From: Lama glama
Lineage: Eukaryota
Assembly (NCBI GenBank): GCA_028534125.1
Contig: CM052817.1
Coordinates: 58,964,001-59,028,000 of the forward strand
Length of the DNA: 64,000 bases
Direction: 5' to 3'
The stretch's first letter is position 1; the number at the start of each line of letters is the position of its first letter. The translations under genes and the position numbers were made by a program. Shown here piece by piece: positions 63,440 to 64,000 of this stretch. Under the pieces are notes generated by a model, which was not told the origin of the DNA, searched no databases, and saw only the letters and a program-made list of their open reading frames with translations.

Positions 63440-63990
63440 TGATATCAGTGATACGTTTGGCTATGAGTAATGAACAAACAAACAAAAAGTATTACAGTCA
63501 TTTAAAAACATATGGAATATATTTGTTTCAAGCACAGGAAATCTGGGAATAGCAATCCAGGGCTGACACAGTGCCTCAGTGAAATCATAAGTTCTGGACT
63601 TTTTCTTACAGCTACCATGCAGTACTGAGCAGCTTAGGTCCAGCAAAAGGTCATCTGACTAGTGGGAAAAAGGGACTGAATGGCTTGGGCTGCCTTTTGT
63701 CCAGAGGGAGTACTCTATTTGTAATTCCCAAGATGCCAAATGGGTCAGCAATAGTCCTCTTTTTTTGTCTTCTTGTTTCACCAACAAGGTAGGTGGCTTT
63801 TGTCATCACAGTCATAAAATAAGGCTGTTGTACATCCGAGCCTTTGCATCTGGGTTCAAGGCAGGAAGAAAGAAGTGTTCCAAGGTTTATTTCTGCGAAA
63901 AACTTTACTTGGAAAATGAAGTCTTTTTCAGTCTTTTAATGGACTCTTGCCATTAGCTTATTGTTCAGAATTGTGCCATGTGTCATCTTT
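63440..63990 (-). mobile_element. Ancient MaLR LTR (MLT1J/K/L-like), degraded
   Basis: tttggctatgagtaa..gaaatctgggaatagcaatccagggctg; gtcataaaataaggctg..gcatctgggttcaaggcaggaagaa. Confidence 0.55.
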
Positions 63991-64000
63991 AATGCAAGAG

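Noticed and set aside
1..64000. CRISPR array, operon, defence system, retrogene or non-retroviral viral insert
   Set aside because: Mammalian repeat-rich DNA with no long non-L1 ORF, no repeat-spacer array and no recognisable processed pseudogene by eye; a TBLASTX search would be needed to exclude highly decayed ones.

Overview
AT-rich mammalian genomic DNA, almost certainly camelid (alpaca/vicuna/camel), judged from a Vic-1-type tRNA-derived SINE at 48345-48479. It reads as intron or intergenic sequence made largely of transposon fossils: L1, L2, CR1/L3, MIR, ERV1 and MaLR solo LTRs, MER5 and MER46C. There is a 500-N gap at 54636-55135. No intact protein-coding gene, RNA gene or prokaryote-type system is visible, and nearly all ORF-track entries are noise or L1 remnants. 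About 12 of 14 LTRs lie on the minus strand and there is a plausible 46-nt plus-strand exon at 34875-34920, together suggesting an intron of a large plus-strand gene I cannot name. Best leads: (1) a TSD-flanked ~3 kb L1 derivative with 5'UTR, ORF1, ORF2 tail and 3'UTR but no endonuclease/RT, HAL1-like or spliced, also carrying a potential antisense exon; (2) a head-to-head pair of ERV1 solo LTRs with a 63/64-identical core containing a STAT site; (3) the candidate exon; (4) a perfect 15-bp palindrome. None is demonstrably a new biological system. Repeat family names come from recalled consensus motifs, not a database search, and boundaries of old repeats are approximate.
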